A stretch of 64,000 bases of DNA from Octopus vulgaris (GCA_951406725.2 OX597815.1:179118001-179182000), one strand, 5' to 3'. Positions 24,790 to 38,967 are shown, numbered from the stretch's first letter. A program made the numbers and translations. The notes: generated by a model not told the origin, from the letters alone.

Positions 24790-25505
24790 GGAACATACAT
24801 ACACACATACATGTGTACGTACATACATACACACATACATACATACATACATGCATACACACACATACACGCATACATGCGTACGTATATACATACATAC
24901 ACACATACATACATGCATACACACATACACGCATACATGCGTACGTATATACATACATACATACAAAAATACATACATGCATACATACAAACACATATGC
25001 ATACAGGCATACATACAAAAATACACACACGCATACATACATACGCACACGTACATACACACACGCATACATACATACATGCATACATACATATATGCAT
25101 ACATGGATACATACATACGTAAATACATATAGAAATACACACACACATATACATACATGCATACATGCATACATACATAAATACATTTATGCATACATAC
25201 ATATACACACACACATACAAACATACATACACGCATAAATGCATACACACATACACGCACGCACACACACACATACATACATACATACATACATACATGC
25301 ATACATACACACACATACATGCATACACACACACATAAATACATACACATACATACACACAAACATGATGCATACACACATACATACATGCGTACATACA
25401 CATACATACACAGAAACATGATGCATACACACATACATACATGCGTACATACACATACATACACAACATACATGCATACATACGTGCGTACGTACGCACG
25501 CACAT
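24790..25505. repeat. Degenerate (TACA/CA)n low-complexity tract with internal higher-order duplications
   Basis: Direct inspection. For example, acacatacacgcatacatgcgtacgtatat repeats at 60-bp spacing. Confidence 0.9.
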
Positions 25506-25862
25506 GTGACCAAAAGTTGAGGAAATAAGTGGAGGACAGCTCTTGTATTCGGATTATCAATTTCCGTTTGCTACAATCGTCATGGGAGCATTAGTTTGTG
25601 TGGCCATAGGTTTCCACAAACCTAAAAACACCAGGATTCATATGAAACGGACGCACACCCTCCAAATCCAATCTATGAGAGGCACAGCAAAAATGTGTGA
25701 GATATTTCAAAGATTCTGCATCTGAGAATCTTTAAATGAATCTATGCACATGTTTGGTCGTGTGCACCTGCAGAAATACATATGCAAAAGATAAAGATGC
25801 ACACACGCACACCTAGGTACTAAAGAGACATATTCACACAGAATATGAATGCAGATCCATGC

Positions 25863-25916
<54 letters not shown>

Positions 25917-26152
25917 ACACACATACACATTAGTTAAACTGCATATTTACAAACTCGCTTAACTAAAATGTCTTCTCAGACACACACATATGCATACATA
26001 CACACACATACACACGCACATGCACACACATACACACACACATCTCTATACATATACATATGCATACATACATACATACATACACACACGCACACAAACA
26101 CACAAACACACATGTATATAGTACACATACACAAATACACGTGTGTGTGTGA

Positions 26153-26198
<46 letters not shown>

Positions 26199-26285
26199 GT
26201 GTAGACATATATATATTGTATATTAAGTCGCCATGATAGATCGGTAGCCACTACACACATTTTTTCTCTCGTTTCTTTTGTGTCC

Positions 26286-26321
26286 CTTTCTGTAGAAGAG
26301 CGTAGGCTCGAAACGTAAAAG
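26286..26321 (+). ncRNA. Minimal hammerhead variant (CUGUAGA core) in PLE-like segment 26225-26413
   Basis: CTTT-CTGTAGA-A-GAGC-gtag-GCTC-GAAA-CG-TA-AAAG. Confidence 0.55.
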
Positions 26322-26463
26322 ACTTTTTCAATTCCTGAGCGTTATAGTAATACATCTGTTTGTTTTGTACACCACCTGTTTCGTCTTTTGTTTTTTTCGT
26401 AAACTCTCCCTATATGTGTAGACAAATGATAGAAAAAGGAATGCACGACATCCTTGATTTAAA

Positions 26464-26515
26464 ATCTCTACAATTGTTTCAACACATTTTTACTCCTGTA
26501 GTGCATCAGTGAGAT
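26464..26515 (-). ncRNA. Degenerate hammerhead-like motif
   Basis: Minus strand: ATCTC-a-CTGATGC-...-GAAA-CAATTG-TA-GAGAT. A9 is altered and stem II is weak. Confidence 0.4.
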
Positions 26516-26539
26516 GTCGTGTAATCATTATCACCCATC

Positions 26540-27322
26540 CAAGGTGTGAAATGCGCCTACATCGGACGTGCATTCCTGGAAATCGTTTTCCGTGAGCGAG
26601 TCGAGGACCTTCTGTGATTCGATCTGAATCACAACAACGGTGTTAAAACAGCGACCTTTGAGCTGCATTTTCATCTTGGGGGAAGAGAGGGAAGTCTGCA
26701 GGTGCTAGATTCGGCGAATAGGGCGAACGCAGAAGCGATACCATGTTGTTTTTGGCACAGAAACTCACAAGTAAGGAGAACTCGGTCAATAATCCATCTA
26801 TTCGCGCCCCTCAGATACGGTCACTTTCGCCGAATGTCTTTTCTCAAACGCTTCAAAACATCGCAATAGAACTCTCGATTGATAAATCTGGCCCTAGAGG
26901 ACGATGCACAATACCACATTTGTTGGGGTGACGCTTATAGTAGGCCCTTCAGATCGCTCATCGTCTTCCAGGGACGGTCTTCGGCTTTTGAAGCGCCCGT
27001 GCCCCTCAAAACATTGCATACGACTCCTTGCCTCGTCGCCGTAAGTTTGCCGAAGCATGCTCAGTGTCTCTGTTGTAGACTTCCCAAGTTTAACGCAAAA
27101 TTTCGTGTTGGCTTTTTGCTCTTGTCCATGACAAAATCGCAGACTACAGCATACACGTGATCACAAAAACATAAATTTCACAGCTTGTGAAGTAAACACA
27201 GCGATGCCATTCGACACTCTGCCTCATGAAGGTCACTGCTAGCTCTCACTGCGCATGCAACCGTGAGCTGCTATTAGTTGGCGCGCTACAGAACTAGTCC
27301 GGGAACTTTCTGATACTACCTC
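26540..27322 (-). mobile_element. Internally deleted mariner-like DNA transposon
   Basis: Minus strand PYSPNLAPADFPL..PKMKMQLKGRCFNTV (YSPDLAP motif). Mariner-like terminus ta|tgaggtagtatcagaaagttcccggact. Confidence 0.8.
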
Positions 27323-28063
27323 ATACACACACACAAGCATGGAGCGAACCAACTCAATATGTCGCATCAAAATCACCTTGCCCTACATTCCTCGTGAAAA
27401 CTATAAGATAAGAACTAGACAAAATATTGAAGTGGATCTAATCGACAAAACGCTTTGAAGGTGGTACTCCAGCATGGTCTCAGCGAAGTGACTGAAACCT
27501 GGAGAAGAATACAAGAATATTTGTATCCACTGAAGAAATCAATAAAACTGATATTTTTTTTTCCATTATAAAAAAAGATATTGTTTCAAATTCTCAATGA
27601 ATTAAGAAAGAAAGAAAACAAAATCAAAAACAGACACCGGAAAGAAGTTGGTTGTGTTATAAATCATATCGGAGTGTGTAAGCGTTTATGCTAAAACAAA
27701 AAAACAAAATGCTGGATCGTTGCCATGACCACAGCAAATTTATAACTGAAAATAGTGATAAATCATTAATTTGTAAACATTATGAACCAAAAAGGAAATA
27801 CGATTTCAGAGAATTTTATTGTGAAAGACGACGGTTGCTATAACTTTCATTGTAGACTCGAAGCGTCTGTAAATTCTTCTGGTTAAATATTTGAAATATA
27901 TTCCGGATGATCATCAGAATATAACCTTTAAACATCAATAACTTATATTAAACATTGCCTTATTTATTGAACTACTCTTCTTTGTGCGCGAGTATGTATA
28001 CCCACCTACACACATACAAACACACATATATAAAATATAAATAAAAGATATATATATAATATA

Positions 28064-28113
<50 letters not shown>

Positions 28114-28184
28114 TATGAATATATACATACGTATATGTATATACTTACAGCTATACGCATATATATATATATATATGCATATGT

Positions 28185-28355
28185 GGGCACAGGACGTCAT
28201 GAAACATGTACAACAACCAAAAAGATACGAAGTACGAGTACATGGAATATGAACTATTTTTTCGAACAACGAAAGACACAAATGAAAAACAAAACAAACA
28301 ACATAAAGAACGACTCTTCATCAGTTGTTGGCTGTTTTTCTACTCTCGTATTTAA
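28185..28355. repeat. Unclassified interspersed repeat flanked by microsatellites (also at 34034-34285)
   Basis: gtgggcacaggacgtca..tacgaagtacgagtacatggaatatgaactatttttt is shared with the reverse complement at 34120-34285. Confidence 0.8.
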
Positions 28356-28368
28356 CAACACACACTCA

Positions 28369-28540
<172 letters not shown>

Positions 28541-29851
28541 TATACACACGAATCCACTCACACACAGATATCTGTCGATACTTAGGTACTTAGATAAGGT
28601 TCGGTCGAATTGGCCCAGGCCATGTCTAACTTCAGAGAACCACCTGGGACCCCACCAAAAACATTTAATGATGTTATTATATTACAGTCATTCTTTGAGT
28701 ATCACAGCCCATTCAAGCAAAGAGGTATTGTTTTCGCAGAGATATATCCGGATGTCGTTGGTTTATCTGGAATTTGTTAGTGATATTCTCCAAGGACACT
28801 TTCGAATGCTAAAAGATCTTTTTCTTCTCTCATGTGTCTTGTCATGATTTTAAAGTGCGCAGGGCTTGTTGGGGTGAAGGGGTTTTGTCTTGGTGTTGTG
28901 TTGTGACGCGAGCATGAGTATTGTAGCGGACGGATGGCACGGTGACCCAGACTTGGGTGAAATTTAAAGTTGAAGACAACATTATTTCGGCAATACAGTT
29001 GTATATGTGTATTCCAATGCAGTTTGAACACACGTATACACTGCGTGTTAAAATTTAACTTGTACATACAAAAAAGGTGGTGGTGGTCGGGGGACTCAAT
29101 ACGAAGTTAATAGAATACAGATATCTGATGAGTTTCTAGTGAGAAATTCAGAATAGCGAATATTTAACTCGTAGGATGTCACGGCATCTCTGTTCCTCCG
29201 TTCCTCTCTATCTTCAAAAACAAACGCAGGTGGGAACACCTCCCCGATAATCGTATGCTTACTTATGAAGATAAACCATGGCTGATTAAATTGTGACCAG
29301 TGGGTCGACGTTTGTCATTATGGCTTATCGTATGGTATATCCATCTCTAAATCAAATAACTCTCGCTATCGTAATCCATCTCAGATGGAAACAGCAAGCA
29401 AGGATAATAAGTTACGAGAAACAATTGCTTTCTGTTATTTAACACGAGATTTGATATAGGAATAGAAAAAAATGCAAAACAAAACAGAAAGCTGCTCTAG
29501 AATTTTACTCCAAACCAATTGAAATTGTACTGGTGTGCCTTGCCAATGGAAAAGATTTCTAAGTTTGATTACAGACAGCGTTTGCTGGTTATTATGCAAC
29601 CGTCGACTAATTATTAAAGACTAATATAACAACGAAAATAACGACCGTAACATACGAATGTATGCATGCATGCATGTATGTATGTATGTATGTATGTATG
29701 TATGTATGTATGTATGTATGTATGTATGTATGTGGGCATGTGTATGTATGCATGTATGTATGCATATATATATATATATACACTCATGTATGTATGTATT
29801 TATGCATGCTTGAATGCATATGTTATAGGTGTATATTTATGCTTACACGTA

Positions 29852-29945
<94 letters not shown>

Positions 29946-29964
29946 CATATATGTATATGTATAT

Positions 29965-30055
<91 letters not shown>

Positions 30056-30471
30056 TACCAACAAAATGGTGATCATTTCTGTACAACTGATTGTTTATGG
30101 TGACAACTCGGAGTCCTAAAAATACGTACGAACATGTTTTTAAGAACGACACCAGTGCACAGACAAGCATACGCAATACACTTCAGAAAGGTAAATAAAA
30201 GAAGAAATCTGATCTTTCGGGGCCACGGTTTAAACTGCAAATTCCTACAAAGATAAAGGCTTCTCCTTTTCTAACCCAGAAACACCAAGTCGCCTCGATA
30301 GTCAATAAAAGATAAAAAGTAGTGAGTGACAAAGTGCAAGCACAAGAATAACGATCTATTTTATCATCTTAACATCGGTTTTCATCTAGATTTGAAACTC
30401 GATAACACTCTAGAAGCCCCTAATCATTTAACTATCAGGTAATCCCATCCCATAATCCTAATCATTTAATA

Positions 30472-31297
30472 TCAAGTAATCCCATAAGTACTGTCCGAAT
30501 TTTGAATAAAGAAAACAAGTGATCAAACGTTATATTTAATTGAAATTTAATCATCAATGTACTTTCCTTGATTATCTATGACTTCCTTCCATCTATTTAC
30601 AAGCTTTTTAATCCCATCAATGCAAAACTCCTTTGGTTTCAAAGCGAAGAACTCTGAAATGTCAGTTTCAAATGTCAAAAAGGGTGAAATGAGTTCATGA
30701 GAATGGAGAGAGGAGCAGATGTCAACTCGGGATTTGCGGTTGTTTCGGACAATTCATGAGGCATCCATTTTCCAAGTTTAGGAACCTTTCCAAGTTGTTG
30801 AAGATGACGATGAACAGTTGTATGGTTTGAACTAAGCTTTATTGCCAATACTTCAACTGATAGTGCAGGATTTTCTTCAAGTAATGCCTCAAGGAGCTTA
30901 TCATCAAACTCAACTGGACGTCCTGTTCGATCTTCATTTTCAAGGCTGAAATCTCCACTACTGAATTTTGCAAACCATCTTCTGTAAGTTCTTTCATTCA
31001 AGCATTCTTTCCCATAAACTGAGTGTATGTTTCCAGTCGCTTCGGCTGCAGAGTTTCCTTTTTTGTACTCATAAAGTATTATGTGCCTTAAATGCTCTTT
31101 GGATACTTCCATGTTAGAAAGGGTTTTAATCAAAGAAATATTAATTCTATTATTCTGTAAAATAGTATTTAATTAGTTTAAATGTACACAAATGCATAAA
31201 AAATAATTTAAAATTGCATTAGATATTCTAAAATACTATCAAATTTCCTTCAATTTAAAAAAAGGTAGAATCGGACAGAACTTATGGGATGACCTGA
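30472..31297 (-). mobile_element. Non-autonomous mariner (Mos1/SETMAR-like) with both TIRs and TA TSD; catalytic domain deleted
   Basis: TIRs tcaagtaatcccataagtactgtccga / tcggacagaacttatgggatgacctga, each flanked by TA. ORF 30675-31133 encodes the HTH region and WMPHEL. A C-terminal GIKKLVNRWKEVIDNQGKYIDD follows. Confidence 0.92.
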
Positions 31298-31848
31298 TAT
31301 ATTAGTTATTATTTAAAAATATATACTTTACAAACAGATAAAACAATTTTATTAACTTTATACATTTACACACATACGCACGTACACACACACAAATACA
31401 CGCCCACATACACACGTACGCACATACATCACAACACACGCGCGCGCACACATGCACGTATACACTCACACACACACTATCGTAGGCAGTCAGCATTAAC
31501 TATATACATTTACATTTTATTAACTATATACATTAACTATATACATTGACTATATACATTTATAGGAAGAAAAGAAAGAACATTAAAAGTAGGAACGATC
31601 AAATTATCGAATAAAAAAACCCCATAACTACTTCACAAAGGAAACAAAGAAAAGGAATAAAGGAGGGAAGAATTCAGCAGCAGAAAATGGGGCGATGGGG
31701 GTATGTAACGGATGAACCCTAGAATAAATGGAGTGTTTAGCTGCGCTCGTGGGTATGATTGCAAAGGCATTGCCGGAGAAAATGGCCAACGACATTCAAA
31801 AAGAGAATGGCCAACGAAGTTCAAAAATTGCAGATTAATTCGTCAGTG

Positions 31849-31921
31849 GGCAGTTTAGCTTAATGGTAAACCACTTGACCGGTAATCACAGAGCTGTGAG
31901 TTCGAGTATCATGGCTAGCCG
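31849..31921 (+). pseudogene. tRNA-like remnant (possible Thr-like anticodon) or isolated SINE head
   Basis: ggcagtt-tagcttaatggtaaac..ttga-ccggtaa-tca..gtgagttcgagtatcat-ggctagcc. A/B boxes present, stems imperfect. Confidence 0.45.
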
Positions 31922-32431
31922 CTGACAAAATTTTCCGCAAAATATGGACATTTTATCCTGCTCCTGCTGTTGTCTCAGTATTATTCAGCATTTGACCATA
32001 AATTATTTCTATATCTTTCAATACATCTCAAAGCTTCTAAAAGCAAACTTTGTTTACATTTATCGTAATTTGAATATATATATATATTGCTTCTTCTTTT
32101 GAAAAATTATAGAGCTGCTCAGGTTGAACCCGAGACGCTAGATAGTAAATAATACAATTTAAAGAAGAAACAAAACTTAGATAATCATCTTGTGTTTATG
32201 ACATACAATGATACAACAAATACAATAAGACATTCAGAACATATTAAAATATTATTTAAGAATATAATAGAAATATGAAATAACATACATGAATATATAA
32301 ACAAGGTGATGAGGTAATTTTTGTTTCTTCAAAATTATATTATTTACTATGTGTGTGTGTGTGTGTATGTGCTTGTGTGTTTTGTGTGTATGAGTGTGTG
32401 GGCGTGTGTGTGGGCGTGTGTGTGTGTGTTT

Positions 32432-32595
32432 GTGCAGGAGTGGTTGTGTGGTAAGTAGCTTGCTTACCAACCACATGGTTCCGGCTTCAATCCCATTGCG
32501 TGGCACCTTGACCAGTGTCTTCTATTATAGCCTCTGACTGACCAAAGCATTGTGAGTGGAGTGGATTTAGTAGACGGAACCTAAAGAAGCCCATC

Positions 32596-32669
<74 letters not shown>

Positions 32670-32878
32670 TTGTGTGCCTTTTTGTCCTCCACCATCGTTT
32701 GACAACCGATACTGGTTTGTTTACGTCCCCATCAGCTAGCGGTTCGGCAAAATAGACCGATAGAATAAGTACTAGGCTTACAAAGAATAAGTTCCTGGGA
32801 TAGATTCATTCGACTAAAGATTCTTCAAGTCGGTGCCCCAGCATGGCCGCAGTCTAATGAGTAAAACAACTAAAAAGC
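32432..32878 (+). mobile_element. SINE family B, near full length
   Basis: Head, internal TA/TG tract and ccccagcatggccgcagtc tail. Confidence 0.88.
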
Positions 32879-33467
32879 AAAGGGTGAATGGAACATGCCT
32901 AAATAAAGAAAAATCATTTCAATTACTCATGAAGTCGAAGTGCCGCCAGGTATAAGCGGCATAAAAGTGGGGGAGCTCAGGACACTGCTCTGACTTAACG
33001 TGTCAGTGGTTCCGAAGGAAGGGGTATGTTGCGCAGGATATGGATGACAAACTATGGCGGATAGGACAGTTTGATTGTCTGGAGAGAAGATGTAAGTCTT
33101 TCTGCCTCAATAGACGCATATAGAACTGTTATGAATATGTGCTAAATCTAACTTTAGAATTGCTTCGTTGCGAATGCTGGAGAAGTATCTGCAAAAAATG
33201 AAGTACCAGCGTGAGATCCTATGTGATAAATCGACTGGAAAAAGTAGCAGATGATATTAACCTACGCAAAGAAAATTTATCCTCCTCCCCACCACACTCA
33301 CGAACGCCCACACATACACAGAAATACACTCACACAAATACACGCGCACACACACACATATGCACGTACGCACATGCGTGTACATACATCACAACACACG
33401 CTCGTGCACACATGCATGTACATACTCACACACACCATCGTAGGTAGTCAGCATTCAACGATGAATT

Positions 33468-33564
<97 letters not shown>

Positions 33565-33881
33565 GCATTGTTGATATATGTGTGTCCTGTGTGATTGTGT
33601 ATGCGTGTGCGAGCGCACGTGGAAGTAAATACATTTATATAGACGCATAAATGCGTGTCTATACAAATACATGTATATAGACACACACACACACATATAC
33701 ATACGCATAATCCTATGAACTCCTACGTTATGGTGTAATTGAATCGGAAGTAATTTTAAATTTACTTTCGCTTCAATGTCACGATATCATAAGAAAAGAA
33801 AAACTGAAAAAGAACCAACCAATTGTCCATAGTTTCTTCGTTCAAAGTAGGCTCCATCCGTGGCTGTATTGCAGAATCTGC

Positions 33882-33951
<70 letters not shown>

Positions 33952-34033
33952 TATATATATATACGTATATGTACATACTTACATCTATACGTGTATATAT
34001 ATATATATATGCATGTGTGTGTGTGTGTGTGGG

Positions 34034-34285
34034 TGGGTACAGGACGTCACGAAACGTGGTTAACAAAAAATACGACCGATCATCAGTTGTTGGCTGTTTT
34101 TCTACTCTCATATTGATCGAAATACGAGAGTAGAAAAACAGCCAACAACTGATGGTGGGTCGTTCTTTGTGTTCTATATCTTGTTTTCCATTTTTGTCTT
34201 TCGTTGTTCGAAAAAATAGTTCATATTCCATGTACTCGTACTTCGTATTGTTGTTGTATACGTTTTGTGACGTTCTGTGCCCACA
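34034..34285. repeat. Inverted pair of the 28185 family, one copy internally deleted
   Basis: catcagttgttggctgtttttctactctc / gagagtagaaaaacagccaacaactgatg, with outer tgggtacaggacgtcac / gtgacgttctgtgccca. Confidence 0.8.
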
Positions 34286-34287
34286 TA

Positions 34288-34363
<76 letters not shown>

Positions 34364-34416
34364 ATAAGCAAGGGCTAAAGAAAAGGCTAGAGAAAAAGGC
34401 TACATCCCTTTTAATA

Positions 34417-34474
<58 letters not shown>

Positions 34475-34575
34475 TTATTGATGTATGTAAATATACGTAT
34501 GTATATATGCATATATATATATACCATTTATATTATTATATGATTGAACGCCACGCATCCTCTTCTAAGTAAGTT

Positions 34576-34656
<81 letters not shown>

Positions 34657-34668
34657 GTACACTATACT

Positions 34669-35040
34669 GAAGGCGTAATGGCCCAGTGGTTAGGGCAGCG
34701 GACTCGCGGTCGTAAGATCGCGGTTTCGATTCCTAGACCGGGTGCTGTGAGTGTTCATGGAGCGAAAACACTTGAAGCTCTACGAGGGGGGGGTGGTGGC
34801 GAATATTGCTGTACTCGTTCACCACAAATTTCTCTCACTTTTTCTTCCCGTTTCTGTTGTACCTGCATTTCAAAAGGCCAGCCTTGTCACACTCTGTGTT
34901 ACACTGAATCTCCCTGAGAACTACGTTAAGCGTACACGTGTCTGTGGAGCGCTCAGCCACTTGCACGTAAATTTCCCGAGCAGGCTGTTCCGTTGATCGG
35001 ATCAACTGGAACCCTCGTCGTCGTAACCGAGAGTGCCGTA
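34669..35040 (+). mobile_element. SINE family A, full length
   Basis: Matches 5669-6050. Confidence 0.9.
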
Positions 35041-35049
35041 GTATAATTA

Positions 35050-35134
<85 letters not shown>

Positions 35135-35137
<3 letters not shown>

Positions 35138-35322
35138 TTGTGTGTCTGTGTCTGTGCCCCCATCATCGCTTGACAACCGATGTTGGTGTGTTAAGGTCCG
35201 GCAAACGGGACCGATAGAATAAGTACTAGGTTTACAAAGAATAAGTCCGGGGGTCGATTTCTTCGACTAAAGGCGGTGCTCCAGCATGGCCACAGTCGAA
35301 TGACTGAAGCAAGTAAAAGAAT
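35135..35322 (+). mobile_element. SINE family B, 3' half
   Basis: cgcttgacaaccgatgttggtgtg..ggcggtgctccagcatggccacagtc. Confidence 0.8.
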
Positions 35323-35884
35323 ACTCCAAATGCTATATATATTATATCTGCTATTTCTGTGTTGCTTTTCTTTTAATTAGATGTCTGAAAATTTATTTTT
35401 GTCTCAATCGCATACTAAAAGTACGATATAATCGACGAATTTAAGAAAAACCTTACTCTTCTTAATTATAAATTTGATCATATTTCTGATGTTTTTATTT
35501 GGAGTTTTAAGACCTTGCAGCAAACTAAGTGTTAAAAATCAAATTTATGTGCAACTACATTTCTAGCCAACCACCGACTTAATTTCCTCAATATGTCCTT
35601 AATTAAGCACATTTATAAATGAAGAAGTTTGACAGAAATACACTGATTGCAGTTATGTTAATGAAGATATTTTAAAAAATTAAATTTTTTTTTAGGCAGA
35701 AAGAAGCCGAGTCTATTTCTACTCAACACTTGAATCACTTGAATTCGGCAGTATTAAAAAATGAGTGACGTTTTCCTGCTTCATTGATTGGTAGAGAGTT
35801 AAAATCATTTCTACCAATCAATGAAGCTTACGTTTACGACAAAACATCATTTAGTTGTCAAATGCACTTCACGATATATATATA

Positions 35885-35934
<50 letters not shown>

Positions 35935-35935
<1 letters not shown>

Positions 35936-36299
35936 TAGCAGTATCACCCGGCGTTGCTTGGGTTTGTTTCGACACTTTAGAATTGGAATTTTTCTAAAGT
36001 AAAAATTTTGCGTCATGTAGCTTGTTATTCTCTTTAAGTGAAAAATGGCGACACAGCAGTCAAAACATCGTAAAAAATAGGGATTTTCATAGAAAAAAAG
36101 CACCTTTTTGATGTAAATAATTTTTGGTGTTAACATGGTCCGATTAAAATTTTTTTTTCTACAGAAGGAAGAGCAAGCCTTCTTCTATCATACTCTCAAT
36201 TTGGTCAACTTGCGCCGCAGGGTCTCGGAGGAGATAGTGTTAGTTGAAGGCTACCAAGCCTGCCATACACAGTCAACTTCAGCTTTATATATACATAGT
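35935..36299 (-). mobile_element. Non-autonomous Helitron
   Basis: Minus 3' end ccc-aagcaacgcc-ggg hairpin-like followed by tgatactgCTAG|T. The 5' end (ctatgtatatataaagctgaag) is Helitron-like but its TC is mutated. Confidence 0.7.
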
Positions 36300-36386
36300 T
36301 GAAATTTATAGAGAAACAAAAGATGCTGACACGTGTATGAACAACAAACAGGTGTACTAGTTTGACGCTCGGGAAAATGGAAAAGT

Positions 36387-36422
36387 CTTTTACGTCTCGA
36401 GCATACACTTTTCATCAGAAAG
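36387..36422 (-). ncRNA. Decayed hammerhead in PLE pLTR (36300-36500)
   Basis: Minus strand: CTTT-CTGATGA-A-AAGT-gtat-GCTC-GAGA-CG-TA-AAAG (GAAA changed to GAGA). Confidence 0.55.
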
Positions 36423-36732
36423 GAATAAGAGAAAATAATCAGAAAGAGAATGAAAACAAAACAAAACTTGTTGATTTAGCGGTCAAGCATTGTGAATGAT
36501 TAGAAAAAAAGTTTCAAAGTAAAGGTTGAAAGAAAGGGAGATAATAAAGTGCTGGTGATCCCAGATGGAGATGCGCGTGCGTGTGTATGTACGTGGGAAT
36601 GGTGTGTGTGAATGTGTGTTTGTTTGTGTGTGAATAAAGGCGAGTGACTCTGACGAGTGCGAGCGTGTGCGTGTGTAAGTGCGTGTGTCTGTAACGTGTG
36701 AGTGTGTGTGTTTGTGTGTGTGTGTTGTGTAT

Positions 36733-37235
36733 AGAGGAGACGTTAAGGTAGGAGTGTGAGTCAGTGTGTTTGTAGTAGATGAAGGTAGTGAGAGCGGAGT
36801 AGTGTATACTGACAGAAATGTCGAGAAATTCGACGGAAGAGTTAAAAATAGCGCCGGAGAATTCGAGGGCAGGATGGAAGGAGTGAACTAAAGAGAGGAA
36901 GGAATCAAGTTTTTCGTGGGAGAGTGAGGTCGTACTGATACAGTCATCGATGTAACGACTGTATAGCTCGGGAGTTGGATCAGTGTATTGCGAGAATATT
37001 TAGGCCTCAATTTAGCCAACGAACAGGTTAGCATAGTTGGGGCCCATTCTCGTTCCCATTGCCATTCCCGAGACTCGTTGGTAAAAATCCCCCGTGAACG
37101 AGAAGCAGTTGAAGGAGAGAACAAGTTCGGCCAGACTACGAAGTGTGTCGGTGTCAGGTTAGCGGATCAGGTCGAAGGTCCAGAAAGTGTTTCAGCGCAA
37201 GGAGTCCTTCGTTGTGTGGTATCACCGTATGTAAA
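36733..37235 (-). pseudogene. Penelope-like reverse transcriptase fragment
   Basis: LHTVIPHNEGLLALKHFL / LAELVLSFNCFSF / SGMAMGTRMGPNYANLFVG / YSRYIDDC / FHPALEF..FLDISV..YYKHTDSHSYL, with frameshifts and stops. Confidence 0.92.
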
Positions 37236-37329
37236 TTCATGTGTGTGTATCTGTGTTTGTCTCCCTGCCATCGCTTGACAACTGATGCTGGTGTGTTTCT
37301 GTCCTCGTAACTTAGCTGTTCAGCGAAAG

Positions 37330-37362
<33 letters not shown>

Positions 37363-37364
37363 CA

Positions 37365-38160
37365 ATAAGGTTGAAGGAACAATACTGAAAGTGGTAGACA
37401 AGTTTGTCTACCTGGGCAGCACATTCAACCGTTCTTGCTCCCTGGATGATAAAACACTTTTCAGGCTGCAGAGAGCAACTGATTCCTTCCGGTCTCTTCA
37501 GTTTCGTGTCTGGTCCCAGCAATGTATCACAAGGTAAACAAAAAAATGTCTGTGTACCGTGGATGTGAGACATGGACTCTTTCTTTACAAACGTCCTTGA
37601 ATGCTTTCATCAGAGATGTCTCAGACACATTCTGAATGTTGGCTGGACCTTAAAAATTCCAGACACACAGGTACTGAGGGCAGCTGACATCTTGAGTATT
37701 GGGGCGACGGTGCACAAGCACCGGTTACGTTGGACTGGGCACCTTATTAGAATGAAGGAAAGCAGGATCCCTAAACAGATGCTATATGGCGAACTTGTTA
37801 GTGGAAGGAGACCCCAACAGAAACCAAGGCTGCGATTTAAGGACAGTGTCAAGTCCTCATTAAAGGTATGTGATATGCAGGAGACTAACTGGGAAAGAAA
37901 TGCCTGACATCGCCACAGATGGAGGAAGCAGATTAAGGAAGGGGTCGACACTTTTGAGAGAGAACGTGCTGCTCGAAGGCGCACTGCTATTGTAGTGAAT
38001 GGGGAAAGCCTGGTTTGCAATGTTTGCTGTCGTGTATGCTTGTCAAGAGCAAGGCTTATTAGCCACCAACGGAGCCGCAAATGCAAAATATAAGTTGGTC
38101 CTAGAGCGCACAATGTTCCTGAAGGTCGGCAATGGTCTTCTTCAGTCACGAGTGGACGGC
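37365..38160 (+). mobile_element. RTE-clade LINE 3' fragment
   Basis: LKVVDKFVYLGS and FHQRCLRHIL..RLRWTGHLIRM..RIPKQMLYGEL..GRRP..PRLRFKD, then a C-terminal CNVC..H zinc-finger-like stretch and (TATG)n. Confidence 0.9.
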
Positions 38161-38254
38161 TATCATGTATGTATGTATGCATGTATGTATGTATGTATGT
38201 ATGTATGTATGTATGTATGTATGTATGTATGTATGTATGTATGTATGTATGTTC

Positions 38255-38359
38255 TTTTATTCTTTGTAAGTCACTTAGCCGAACTGGTAACTTATGGAGA
38301 CGTAAACACACCAACATCGATTGTCAAGCGATGGTGGGGGAACAAACACATGCATATGA

Positions 38360-38390
<31 letters not shown>

Positions 38391-38565
38391 CATACATATA
38401 TATATATGTACAACAGGCTTCTTTCAGTTTTCGTCTCCCAAGTCCACTCACAAAGCTTTGGTCAGCCCAAAGGTCTGGTAGGAGACACTTGCCCAAGGTG
38501 TCACGCAATGAGACTGAACCGAGACCATGAGGTTGGGAAACAAGCTTCTTACCACGCAGCCACAC

Positions 38566-38567
<2 letters not shown>
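38255..38567 (-). mobile_element. SINE family B, partial
   Basis: Matches family B head and body in reverse. Confidence 0.8.
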
Positions 38568-38641
<74 letters not shown>

Positions 38642-38645
<4 letters not shown>

Positions 38646-38967
38646 AATATATACATACAATATTAGATATGTTCATATATACACTAGGATAATACATGAG
38701 TACCTATATCGCTAATGCTAGAAGTCAGAAAATACTTCTGTACCACCGAATAGTCACAAATCTATTACAGACATGATAGGAAAAAATATCAGTAAACAAT
38801 AATAACGTCTTACCTCAAATGGGTCAGAACAAGTAAATACTGGTCAACCTGGTACCGGTTTCGAAATTTAGCGCCAAATAGGTGCCTAATTCTATAATTA
38901 GCGATATAGGTACTCATGTACCTTGTGTATATATGTACATATCTAATATTGTATGTATATATTTTAT
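38642..38967. repeat. Inverted-repeat element abutting (TA)n, probably PLE-derived
   Basis: Arms ataaaatatatacatacaatattagatatg..gagtacctatatcgctaat and its reverse complement. The spacer holds a 3' half-hammerhead GAAA-CCGG-TA on the minus strand. Confidence 0.7.

Noticed and set aside
28185-28355. Hammerhead in the 28185/34034 family (GAAACATGTA on plus, CTGATGA on minus)
   Set aside because: The two half-cores are on opposite strands, and I could not fold a valid ribozyme.
29120-29160. CTGATGA followed by a hairpin (similar isolated CTGANGA at 4391, 10362, 45653 and 55482)
   Set aside because: There is no properly placed GAAA/UH or stem I partner.
31849-31921. Functional tRNA gene
   Set aside because: There are mismatches in the D, anticodon and T stems and a bulged acceptor stem. 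Kept only as a remnant.
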